From: Capsulimonadaceae bacterium | GTDB lineage: Bacteria > Armatimonadota > Armatimonadia > Armatimonadales > Capsulimonadaceae | NCBI GenBank assembly: GCA_965215505.1 | Contig: OZ244065.1 | Coordinates: forward strand, 3,904,001-3,968,000 | Length of the DNA stretch: 64,000 nt | Direction of reading: 5' to 3' | In this document: positions 44,623 through 53,361 of the stretch, one piece after another | How positions within the stretch are numbered: position 1 is the first letter of the stretch | Layout of the letters: each line of letters opens with the position of its first letter | Position numbers and translations under genes: made by a program | Notes under the pieces: generated by a model | What the model was told of the DNA's origin: nothing | The model's database searches: none | What the model saw: only the letters and a program-made list of their open reading frames with translations

Positions 44623-47600
44623 TCACAGCGGGCAGATCAGGCTGTACGCGCACGAACGGCATTCGTCGCCCGACTCGGGCCGGGCCGGGAACAGGCCGAG
44701 CTGGATGCCGCGTGCGGCCTTCTCGTATTTCGCCAGCCTGTCGCCCTCCCACTTCAACTCCTGCTTCTTCTCCGGCGGCGCGATGGCCTTGATGGTGCCG
44801 TCGGACAGGTAACGAAGCTCGACGCGGACCGGCGTGTCCGGGTGGGTCTGCGTGGCCGCGCGGCGGTACAGGGCGAGTTTCTTGTCCGTGTGGTCGCTGT
44901 CGCCGGGCCGGCCGGTGAGGTGGCGGGCGACGATCAGGGTTCCGTCCTCCGTGTCCCGGCGGATCACATCGGGCCGCACATGGACGTGGCAGTTTGACAG
45001 CGTCGCGCGCAGCGACTTGATCCCCGCCCGCTGCTCCGTTTCGGCCCCCAATGCCCCGCCCGCGCGCAGCATCCCCAGCGCGCTTTCTTTGTACTTCGCC
45101 TCGTGCAGATGCCCGACCGGGCCGTGTTCCGCCCAGATGGCCTCCAAACGCGCCTCGGCCTCCGCCGCCGTGGGCGGCTGCCCCGCTTCGCGCGCGTCTT
45201 CCAGCCAGTGCAGGGTCCGGCGGACGCAGGCGTGGAACTGCGGGTAGCCGTCCCCGCCGAACGCGCCGGGCAGCTTCAAGCTCTGTCCGTAGTGGTACTG
45301 GCGCGGGCAGCGCCCATACGTCTCCAGGGCCGACGACGAGTACTCCGGCAGGGCCTCGGGCGTCGGCGTTATTAGGTCGTCCGCCTCGGGCGCGGGCGCA
45401 CGCCCTGCCGGCCAGGCCGTCTCGGCGATGCCGCGCTCCTGCAAATGCGGCTGGATCAGGGCCAGCAGCGGGGAGGGCGCGACGGCCTTGTCGGCGGCGT
45501 TCCTCTCGGCCCGCGAAAGGACGATGTGGTCGCGGGCGCGGGACAGGGCGACGAAGAACAGGCAATGCTCCTCGTCCAGCTCCTCGCCCGCCGCGTCCGC
45601 CAGGCCCGGCGGGGTGGGGATGCCGTCGCTCCGGCCCCGCGTGGGGAACTGACCCGCGCCCAGGTTCGGCAGGAAGACGACCGGGTATTCCAGCCCCTTG
45701 GCGGCGTGGGCCGTCAGCAGGCGGACGGCGTCCAGCGCCTCGGCCTCGGGCGGCAGGCTCCCGCGCGGAGCGCCGCCGGACGCCTGAAGCCGGCGCAGGT
45801 GGGCCAGGAACGCGCGGACGCTGTTCGGCGACCCGTGCGGCGTCCGGGGCGCGACCAGGCGCTTGCCCGCGTCGGCGGCCATCCCCAGCAGTTGATGGAT
45901 CGCCAGGGTGCGGGCCAGCCGCGCCAGCTCGCGAGGCTCACCTGCCGTCAGGTGCCGCAGATAGTCGGACAGCCCGAACAAATAGTGCCGCAACAGGGCG
46001 GCCGGGTCGTTCTCCATCGTCTCCAGTTCGGCCAGGTGCGCCGCCAGTTTCGCCAAACCAGGGTGCAGGCCAGGCTCGCTTAACGCTTCCAGCAGCGGCG
46101 TCTCGGCCCGGCCCATCTGCGTCAGGAAGGCCAGCGCGTCCGCCTGCGGGACGGCGTATTCGGGGAACGCGGCCACGCGGATCAGCGCGGAGCCGTCGGG
46201 GTCGGCGAACAGGGCCAGCAGGCAGAGCAGGTCCTTGATCTCGGGCCGTTCCAGCAGCGCGCCCAGATAAAGGACGGGGATGTCGCGCGCCGCCAGCAGG
46301 CCCGCCAGCGCCTCCGCCTGGGCGTGTGACCGGCACAGGATGGCCTGGTGGCGGTGGTCACAGCCGGCGGCCTTCAGGTCTTTGACGGCCTGCGCGATGC
46401 CCTCCGCCTGCCCGACATCGTCGGGCGAGACGGCCAATGTGACGGCGGGGTGGGGCGGGTTTTCGTGCGTGCCACGGTGCGCGCGCCAGACGGAAACATC
46501 GGGAAGGACAGGAGGGTAGGACGGGAGAAGAGGGCGGGGGGACCCCGCCCCTACGCCATTCCCTGTAGGGGCGGGGTCCCCCCGCCCTTCTTTGTCCTGC
46601 CCGTCCTTGCCTGGTTCCATCATCCCGCTCGCCGCGCCGAACAGGTCCACGATGGGTGCCCGCGAGCGGTAGTTGACGCCAAGTTCCAGCCGCCGCCCCG
46701 TCGGGTAGTCCCGCTCGAAGGCGGCGACGTTGGCGGGGGAGGCCCCCTGGAACTGGTAGATGCTCTGCCGGTGGTCGCCGACCGCCCACAGGCCTTGGGC
46801 TTGTTCCCCGGCCAGCAGGCGGACCAGGCGGGCGCAGGCGCGGTTGACGTCCTGGTATTCGTCTGCCAGGACGTGTGGGTACTCGCCTTGCAGGTCCGCC
46901 AGGACGGCGGGGTGGCTTTCCAAAAGCTCCACCGTCCGCGAGATCAGGCCGCCGAAGTCCAGGAAGCCGCTCTCAGCCAGCAGGCGCTCGTAGACCGCGT
47001 AGCAGTGCGCGACCTCGGCCGCCTTCGCGGCCTGCGCTTGCCTCTTGGCGGCGTCTTCCAGCTTGCCTTTCAGGCCCTTGTCGCTGCCCGCCGCCTGCAC
47101 CTGCGCTTCCAGGGCGGCCATCGCGGCGTCGGCGGGGGCCTGCATCGCCGCGCAGAGTTCGGCGTAACGCGCCGGCGGGCAAAGCTCGTCCTTGGCCCGC
47201 CCGATCTGCCCTAAAATCCCGCCCAGGTGGATGGCCGGGTTATAGAGGTTGTCCAGCGCGTCCAGCTTCAGTTCGGCGAGATTGTTTTCCAGCAGCGTCA
47301 CGCCGTCCAGAGTGTTCAGCAGCTTGATGTCGCCGGTCAGCCCGATCTTTCCCCCGTAGCGGCGCAGCACTTCCAGGCCGAACGAGTGGAACGTCCCCAC
47401 CCACGGCCCGGCCTTCTCGGACCCGACGCCCGCCGCGACCAGGCGCTCCTTCATCTCCCCGGCGGCCTTGCGGGAGAAGGTGAGGGCCAATATCTGCGGG
47501 GCCGGAACACCCAACCGCTGAGTCAGGAATTGGCAGCGGCCCACCAGCGTCTTGGTCTTGCCCGTCCCCGGCCCGGCCCCGAGCAGCAGCGGGCCGCAGG

Positions 47601-48228
47601 AGATTTGCGCCGCCGCCTGCTGCGATTCGTCAAGCGTCACGTCGGCGGATGCGGGCGTCGGCGCTGCCTCTGTCACCCCGTCGCAGTGCGGCAGCAGGAG
47701 GGCGTCGGCGAGCTGCATCTGGACCATGCCGGTCGGCAGACCTAGTGCCTCGGCGATGGCCCCCGCCGACTGCCCTTCCTCGCTGAACAGGCTGCGGGCC
47801 AATGGGCTAGGCAACAGCATTTCGGCGGCGTAGACGTTCGCCTCGTTCTCGCGCCTCTGTTTGGGCGCGTAGCCCTCCACCTTGCTCATCGCGCCCGCCG
47901 TGGCCTCGGCGGTTTGGGACAGGTCGAGGTCGCCGGCCGTGCAGGAGATGGCCTCGGCGTGGAGCCAGAAGTGGGCGAACTCGTGTACGGCATCGAACGC
48001 CTGCATGGCGAAGGGCCGGGAGCCGTCCTGGTAGATGGCCGACATCTCGTGGTCCAGCACCGCCGAGGCCCCCGCCAGCAGGGCATCATCCGGCGTGAGG
48101 AAATGCCGCACGAGGCCCGTGGCATGGAGACACGCCTCCACCACCGACTGCGCCGGCAGGGCTTCCTCTACCAGCAGTCCTAATTCCAGCCGCCGCGCCC
48201 GCGCCTGCCGCCGTATTTCACTACTCAT
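44623..48228 (-). CDS. ImmA/IrrE-like metallopeptidase - UvrD/PcrA helicase - Fe-S PD-(D/E)xK-like fusion
   Basis: HEFAH and ENEANVYAAEMLLP; AGPGTGKT, LTFSRKAA, DEYQD, VGDHRQSIY, NYRS, TAHAAKGLE, VALSRA; C-terminal CP...CxxCxxxxxC. Confidence 0.9.
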   Translation of the reverse strand: MSSEIRRQARARRLELGLLVEEALPAQSVVEACLHATGLVRHFLTPDDALLAGASAVLDHEMSAIYQDGSRPFAMQAFDAVHEFAHFWLHAEAISCTAGDLDLSQTAEATAGAMSKVEGYAPKQRRENEANVYAAEMLLPSPLARSLFSEEGQSAGAIAEALGLPTGMVQMQLADALLLPHCDGVTEAAPTPASADVTLDESQQAAAQISCGPLLLGAGPGTGKTKTLVGRCQFLTQRLGVPAPQILALTFSRKAAGEMKERLVAAGVGSEKAGPWVGTFHSFGLEVLRRYGGKIGLTGDIKLLNTLDGVTLLENNLAELKLDALDNLYNPAIHLGGILGQIGRAKDELCPPARYAELCAAMQAPADAAMAALEAQVQAAGSDKGLKGKLEDAAKRQAQAAKAAEVAHCYAVYERLLAESGFLDFGGLISRTVELLESHPAVLADLQGEYPHVLADEYQDVNRACARLVRLLAGEQAQGLWAVGDHRQSIYQFQGASPANVAAFERDYPTGRRLELGVNYRSRAPIVDLFGAASGMMEPGKDGQDKEGRGDPAPTGNGVGAGSPRPLLPSYPPVLPDVSVWRAHRGTHENPPHPAVTLAVSPDDVGQAEGIAQAVKDLKAAGCDHRHQAILCRSHAQAEALAGLLAARDIPVLYLGALLERPEIKDLLCLLALFADPDGSALIRVAAFPEYAVPQADALAFLTQMGRAETPLLEALSEPGLHPGLAKLAAHLAELETMENDPAALLRHYLFGLSDYLRHLTAGEPRELARLARTLAIHQLLGMAADAGKRLVAPRTPHGSPNSVRAFLAHLRRLQASGGAPRGSLPPEAEALDAVRLLTAHAAKGLEYPVVFLPNLGAGQFPTRGRSDGIPTPPGLADAAGEELDEEHCLFFVALSRARDHIVLSRAERNAADKAVAPSPLLALIQPHLQERGIAETAWPAGRAPAPEADDLITPTPEALPEYSSSALETYGRCPRQYHYGQSLKLPGAFGGDGYPQFHACVRRTLHWLEDAREAGQPPTAAEAEARLEAIWAEHGPVGHLHEAKYKESALGMLRAGGALGAETEQRAGIKSLRATLSNCHVHVRPDVIRRDTEDGTLIVARHLTGRPGDSDHTDKKLALYRRAATQTHPDTPVRVELRYLSDGTIKAIAPPEKKQELKWEGDRLAKYEKAARGIQLGLFPARPESGDECRSCAYSLICPL
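46531..46588. repeat. REP doublet embedded in-frame in the helicase gene
   Basis: agggcggggggaccccgcccctac (identical to intergenic 49797-49820) plus inverted gtaggggcggggtccccccgccct. Confidence 0.85.
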
Positions 48229-48877
48229 CTCCGAGTGTCCCCTCGCTTTCTATTTCCACATGCCAATAGTCCCGGTCGGCCTGTGGCAGACCGCCGAGGA
48301 CATCCTCAAACTTTTGTCGTGGTCCCGACTCGCGCAGGACCGGTGCCTGCCTGGACTTATATTGCGCGCCCGATGCCAGCCGGGGGGGCAGCCGCAGGTA
48401 CGCCTCTACTTCGTCCGCCGAGCGGCCCAACGCCTGCGCGGCCCGCTTGGCCAGCGAGCGCGGGAGCGAGGCGGCGTCCAGCAGCCTCTGGTTCAGGCGG
48501 GAGAGGGCGAGCGTGTCCAGGCGCAGTGCTTGGGCGAACTCGCGGGCGGTCAGGCCGCGCGCCTTGGCCTCGTCCACCAGGCTGACCAGCGGCTTGGGCG
48601 GGGCGAAATGGCGGTCCAGGGCAGCCCGGCCCAGGGCAACGGTTTCGGGGTCCTCGGGGCCGCCTTCCAGCGGGTCGGTCAGCGACAGGCCCGCCGCGAA
48701 CCCGGCGAGGCTGACCTCCACCAGCGCGTCGGCGTGGGCCGGGTACTGCGCCGCCCACTCGCGCAGCAGAGTCCGGTCGCCGGGGGCAGCTTGGGACGCC
48801 TGCGCGTAGGCGAACAGGACGTCGTCCGCTTCCACTTCGGTCAGGCTGGGGTCATCGGGGACTGCTTTTTCGTTCAT
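48221..48877 (-). CDS. Hypothetical protein with a possible Xre-like HTH (candidate repressor/anti-sigma)
   Basis: Overlaps both neighbours; GLTAREFAQALRLDTLALSRL helix pattern. Confidence 0.75.
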   Translation of the reverse strand: MNEKAVPDDPSLTEVEADDVLFAYAQASQAAPGDRTLLREWAAQYPAHADALVEVSLAGFAAGLSLTDPLEGGPEDPETVALGRAALDRHFAPPKPLVSLVDEAKARGLTAREFAQALRLDTLALSRLNQRLLDAASLPRSLAKRAAQALGRSADEVEAYLRLPPRLASGAQYKSRQAPVLRESGPRQKFEDVLGGLPQADRDYWHVEIESEGTLGDE

Positions 48878-49599
48878 CGCGTGTCTTCATTCCAGAATGC
48901 CTGGGCGGTCTTCGCCCAGTTGCGGAGGGTGCGGTCGGTGACGCCGAGCCGCGTGCCGATCTCTCGATCCGTGAAGCCGTGCAGCCGCAGGTGGACCATC
49001 TCGGCGACGCGCGGGTGCCTCTGCGCCAGCCGCCGACAGAAGGCGGCGTCTTCTATCGCCGTGAAGGCGTTCACAGGGTCGGCGATCTGTGCCAGGCCGT
49101 CATGCTCCTCGCCGTCCGCGTCCATGCGCGCCAGCGAAACCGCGTCTTCGCGCCGCCGCCTCGCCGCCCTCCATGTGTTGATGAGGCACCGGTTGAAGCA
49201 GCCGGTGAAGTTGCACTCCCATAGCTCCTTGCCTGGCCCCAGGTCCAATGCAGCCTGCACGACCGCAATGATCGTCTCCTGCTTGGCGTCGGTCTTCTCT
49301 TCGGGTGTCAGGCCGGACCACGCCGCGACTCGCTTGGCGATGCTGTGGCTGACGCGCCGGACCAGGGCGTCCATGACGCGCCGGGAGGCGTCCGCGTCCC
49401 CCGCCTTTTGGTAAGCGCGGGCCATCGCGACCAGCGTTTCCCAGGTCAAGCCGTCCCCGCCCGCCCGCATCAGGGCCGCGTCACGGGACAGCCGCGCCAC
49501 CTCGGACAGCTCCCGGATGACGCCCTCGGGGCGCGTCCGCACTTGCAGCGGGCGCAGGAACTCGGCCCTGCCTTCGGCGTCCTCTGTGTCTCTACTCAT
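48874..49599 (-). CDS. ECF/sigma70-family sigma factor-like protein
   Basis: Region-2-like DAKQET...; region-4 HTH LHGFTDREIGTRLGVTDRTLRNW. Confidence 0.75.
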   Translation of the reverse strand: MSRDTEDAEGRAEFLRPLQVRTRPEGVIRELSEVARLSRDAALMRAGGDGLTWETLVAMARAYQKAGDADASRRVMDALVRRVSHSIAKRVAAWSGLTPEEKTDAKQETIIAVVQAALDLGPGKELWECNFTGCFNRCLINTWRAARRRREDAVSLARMDADGEEHDGLAQIADPVNAFTAIEDAAFCRRLAQRHPRVAEMVHLRLHGFTDREIGTRLGVTDRTLRNWAKTAQAFWNEDTR

Positions 49600-49711
49600 G
49601 GTGATTTCTTGAAAGCGGAAAACGATTTCCGCTTCTCGCGGAAAGGCGCGAGTGGGGAAGTGTCAGCACAGTATAACACAGGCGGGCGGGTTGAGGCAAA
49701 TGAGTAAGGAC

Positions 49712-49897
49712 GCCACGGGTTGAAACCCGAGGCTTGGAAGTGCCCACCGTCGAAGCGACGTTAAGAGCGACAAGGATCGGAGGGCGAGAAACAAAGAGGG
49801 CGGGGGGACCCCGCCCCTACCCGGTCATGCTCTTAGGTTCATGTCTTGCGTCCCCTGGACGCTGGGCTTTTCGGAGCCTCGGGTTTCAACCCGTGGC
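49712..49897. repeat. Inverted palindromic pair enclosing a REP
   Basis: gccacgggttgaaacccgaggct / agcctcgggtttcaacccgtggc, with a REP at 49797-49820 inside. Confidence 0.75.
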
Positions 49898-49937
49898 TCC
49901 CCGCCGCTGAACGCACCCGAAGAACACGGAGACTACC

Positions 49938-51410
49938 ATGAAAGCCCAGTACATCGAAGACCTGACGCCCGGCGATGCCGTGGACGGCGAGTTCGTCCTC
50001 TCCCGGGCCGAGCGCGGCAAGAGGAAGAACGGCGAAGCCTTCCTGCGGGGCCAGCTCCAGGACCGCACCGGCACGGTGGCCGCCGTCGCCTGGACGCTCA
50101 CCGAGGGACAGATCGGGGCCGCGCTGGCGTCGCGCTATGTCCGCGTCCGGGGCACCGTCGGCCGGTACAAGGACGGGCGGCAGGTCACGATCACGTCGGC
50201 CCCGGAAGACATGGGCGAGCCGGAAGACCTCTCGGACTTCACGCGGGCCGCCGCCCTGCCCCGCGCCGAGCTGTGCCGCCGCCTCGACTCGCACCTGGAT
50301 ACGATCCAGAACCCATTTCTAAACGCCCTGCTGCGGGCCTTCTTCCATGACCCCAGGTTCCGCCGCCGATTCGACGAGGCCCCTGCCGCCATGGGCCTGC
50401 ACCACGCCTGCATGCACGGGCTGTTGCAGCACACGCTGGAGGTGACCGACCTCGCCGCCGCGATCGCCGACGTGCAGGGCCGCTGGGGCTACCCCGCCGT
50501 CTCGCGCGACGTGGTGGTCGGGGGCGCGCTGCTGCACGACATCGGCAAGGTCTATGAGCTTACCTGGGACGGCCCCGAGTATGGCTACACCCGCCGGGGG
50601 CAGCTCTACCAGCACATCATCCTCGGCTTCCAGATCGTCTCCAAGAAGATCCTCGGCATCCCCGGCTTCCCTCCCGACCTCACCGACGCCCTGTTGCACG
50701 GCATCCTGTCCCACCACGGCAAAGAAGAACACGGCTCGCCCGTTTCGCCCCAGATGCCGGAGGCGCAGATCGTCCACATGGCCGACGCCCTGGACGTCCA
50801 GCTTTTCTACATGATGGAGGCCCGCGCGGGCGCGGAGGGCGACACCGCCTGGCACCCGGCTTTGGAGGGCCGCGTCAAGACCGGAGGCCGGCGCGTTTAT
50901 TCGGGGTCGCTCGACTTCGCGCCGGACTTCTCGCGGCCCGAGCCGGCCCGCCTCCTCCCCGTCTTCCGCCTGGCCTCACGCGGCTCCGCGCCGGCCTTCG
51001 AAACCCGCCGCCTGCCTCTGCGCGGGCGGACGGCGGCCGGCCCGCCCGTTCTGGCCGATGACCGTGTGGAGGAGGAGCTTGATGTGGCGGCTGAGGGCCT
51101 GCCCACTGGCCCGGACCTGTTCCTGCTGCGAGTGGACGGCGAGAGCATGACCGGCGACGGCATCGCGGACGGCGACCTGATCGTCGTCCGCCCGCAGCAG
51201 CACCACGCGCCTGACGCCGTCCTCGTCTGCCTGCTGGACGACGACACGGTCACGATCAAGCGCGTGGAGCGGACGGCGTCCGGGGGCCTGCGCCTGCTGT
51301 CCTCTAACCCCGCGTTCGCCGCCATCCCCATCCCCATCGCCGACCCCGAACGCTTCCGGGTGCGCGGGCGCGTCCTGGGCGTCGCGCGCGGTGTCCCGGC
51401 GGTCCCTTGA
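49938..51410 (+). CDS. YhaM-like OB-fold/HD 3'-5' nuclease fused to a LexA-type S24 peptidase domain
   Basis: LQDRTG OB fold; HH...GLLQHT, LLHDIGK, SHHG, ADALD; then GRTAAGPP, LRVDGESM, VTIKR, VRGRV. Confidence 0.88.
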   Translation: MKAQYIEDLTPGDAVDGEFVLSRAERGKRKNGEAFLRGQLQDRTGTVAAVAWTLTEGQIGAALASRYVRVRGTVGRYKDGRQVTITSAPEDMGEPEDLSDFTRAAALPRAELCRRLDSHLDTIQNPFLNALLRAFFHDPRFRRRFDEAPAAMGLHHACMHGLLQHTLEVTDLAAAIADVQGRWGYPAVSRDVVVGGALLHDIGKVYELTWDGPEYGYTRRGQLYQHIILGFQIVSKKILGIPGFPPDLTDALLHGILSHHGKEEHGSPVSPQMPEAQIVHMADALDVQLFYMMEARAGAEGDTAWHPALEGRVKTGGRRVYSGSLDFAPDFSRPEPARLLPVFRLASRGSAPAFETRRLPLRGRTAAGPPVLADDRVEEELDVAAEGLPTGPDLFLLRVDGESMTGDGIADGDLIVVRPQQHHAPDAVLVCLLDDDTVTIKRVERTASGGLRLLSSNPAFAAIPIPIADPERFRVRGRVLGVARGVPAVP

Positions 51411-51435
51411 CAGGGCAATGGTGCAGTGCTATAAT
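51407..51435 (+). promoter_or_regulatory. Consensus sigma70 promoter
   Basis: TTGACA-N17-TATAAT overlapping the upstream stop codon. Confidence 0.75.
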
Positions 51436-51473
51436 CCGGTGTCTTGACAGGAGGCTTGTTAGGAGGCACCGTT

Positions 51474-51746
51474 TTGGACCCCGATCTTCCCCAGAATGTT
51501 TCGCAGGACCCCGCCGTCTCCGGCCTGGTCCGCCGCGCCGCCCTGCGCGCCTTCCTCGCCGGCCTCGCGGTCGCCGCCCTGCTCGCGACCGCCGTCGCGC
51601 TGGGGGCCGAGACGTTCGCACACGGGTTCCGGCAGGGGGCCGTGTGGGGCTTCGGCATCGGCCTGGGCGTCGTCTTCGGCGGGTCGGTCCTGAACGCCCT
51701 CGTCGGCCTGCTGGACCAGGCCAAGACCGACATCACGGGGGGCTAG
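51474..51746 (+). CDS. Small two-TM membrane protein
   Basis: AGGAGG RBS and TTG start; two hydrophobic helices. Confidence 0.65.
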   Translation: MDPDLPQNVSQDPAVSGLVRRAALRAFLAGLAVAALLATAVALGAETFAHGFRQGAVWGFGIGLGVVFGGSVLNALVGLLDQAKTDITGG

Positions 51747-51758
51747 AGGGCCTTCACC

Positions 51759-53078
51759 ATGACCCCCCTGCGCCGGGCGGCCCACCGCTGGGGGCCGCTG
51801 CTCGTCTACATCGCCGCCTGCGGCCTGCTCCTCAGCCTGCTCGGGCGGCAGGGTGCCGCCCTGCTGAGGGCGCTCCTCGCCGGCCTGCCGTTCGGCCTCG
51901 GCCTGTTCTGCGGCTTCGCCCTGGCGGTCGCGGCGGGGACGCTCTGGGTCTTCCTCGCCGGCCCGATACAAGAGTTGATCCAGGAGCGGTTCCTGGACCC
52001 GCCCCAGCCCGCTGCCGTGCTGACGCCGCCGCCGGACGGGCCGCAGGGGGTCCTCGTCTCCGACCTGCACATAGACACCTGGGGGCTGGCCGATGACGGC
52101 ACCCCGAACGCCCGGCGGGCGCGCTTCCTCGGTTTGCTGGCCGCCGTCAAGGCCGACCCGCACGTCAACAGCTTCTACCTCAACGGCGATCTCATGGACA
52201 TCCCGCTCCACCCGGACGCCAATGCACCCGAGCCGGAGATGCTGCGCCTGAGCGGGATGCTCGCCGAGGAGCGCGGCGTCCTGCTGGCGCGCTACGACTC
52301 CATCCTCGGGGCACTGCTAAACCTGACCCGGCCCGACCCCGCCTCGCCCGCCGAGATGGCCGCCCCTGTGCGGCGCGCGGTCTTCCAGACCGGAAACCAC
52401 GACGTGGGCGTTAGCGGCCTGCGCTACGTCCGCCCCGAACTGCCCCCGTTCCTGCCGCCCGTCCAGGCCGTCTGGAACCCCTCCCTGCTGATCCAGACCG
52501 ACGCCGACGGCAACGATCTTCCCCGCTGGACCTACATCGAACACGGCCACCGCTGGGACCCGCTGCTGTGGCTGTACATGCGCTACGCCCTGCTCGACAT
52601 CCTCCGCGCCGGGCACCGCCGACGGGAGGCGCAATTACTGTCAGGGATGCAGCGGGCGGGCAAGGCCGGCATGGGGGCGCAGACATCGGGCGGCGAGGTC
52701 CTGCCGCCCGCGCCCGCGCCGGGCACCTCGCAGAACCATTTCCCCGACGACCAGCCCGGCCTGCTGTCCACGCTCGTCCGCCTGCGCTACCGTCAGGCCG
52801 CCCGCCGTCTGTTCCGCGAGTTCCGCAGCCGGCAGGCCGACCCCCAGGCGGCGGTGCGCGTCCGCACCCTCCTGATGGGCCACACGCACCACCCGGACCG
52901 CTACGTCTTCCCCGGCGGCCTGCTTTACATCAACTCCGGCGACTGGTCCGGCTATACCGCCCACTGCGCCTACTGCGTCCTCGACCCCGACGGGTCCGTG
53001 CGCGGCCCCTTCCAGTGGGAGGGCGCGGGCAAGGCCGAGTTCGGCCTCCGCCCGGACTCCGACGGCGACAAGTCGTGA
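51759..53078 (+). CDS. Membrane-anchored calcineurin-like metallophosphoesterase
   Basis: N-terminal TM helices; SDLH, GDLMD, GNHD, EHGH, GHTH, NSGDW. Confidence 0.85.
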   Translation: MTPLRRAAHRWGPLLVYIAACGLLLSLLGRQGAALLRALLAGLPFGLGLFCGFALAVAAGTLWVFLAGPIQELIQERFLDPPQPAAVLTPPPDGPQGVLVSDLHIDTWGLADDGTPNARRARFLGLLAAVKADPHVNSFYLNGDLMDIPLHPDANAPEPEMLRLSGMLAEERGVLLARYDSILGALLNLTRPDPASPAEMAAPVRRAVFQTGNHDVGVSGLRYVRPELPPFLPPVQAVWNPSLLIQTDADGNDLPRWTYIEHGHRWDPLLWLYMRYALLDILRAGHRRREAQLLSGMQRAGKAGMGAQTSGGEVLPPAPAPGTSQNHFPDDQPGLLSTLVRLRYRQAARRLFREFRSRQADPQAAVRVRTLLMGHTHHPDRYVFPGGLLYINSGDWSGYTAHCAYCVLDPDGSVRGPFQWEGAGKAEFGLRPDSDGDKS

Positions 53079-53361
53079 ACCGGGCCTCCTAGCGGACGCC
53101 GGCAAAAGTGCCTGAAAGCGCACGGACCTACTGAAAGCCGGCATTCTTGCCGATGATAAGTAAGGCGACCGGCCTGGCGTTTTTATGAAAAGTGCTGTAT
53201 ACTAAACCCGGCAGACATCCTACCGGCCGCTGATGATGTGCGGGACGGGCCTCTGGCCTGGCCGCGCCCCCGCCCTGATTACCCACGGCTTACATCTTCA
53301 TCCTGCACCTTCACGTCCCATTTTCACGACACGTCTCACACTCGGAAAGGCCTTTTTCTTT

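Noticed and set aside
44623-48228. Calling the helicase addA/addB, pcrA or uvrD
   Set aside because: Extra peptidase domain, degenerate nuclease motif and no partner subunit; not the housekeeping architecture
48874-49599. This sigma factor as the reader of the TGAAAC-N16-CGTA promoters
   Set aside because: No such complete motif seen upstream of its own operon and no other evidence linking them
50990-51410. Calling this region lexA
   Set aside because: No winged-helix DNA-binding domain; the S24 domain is in one continuous frame with the HD nuclease
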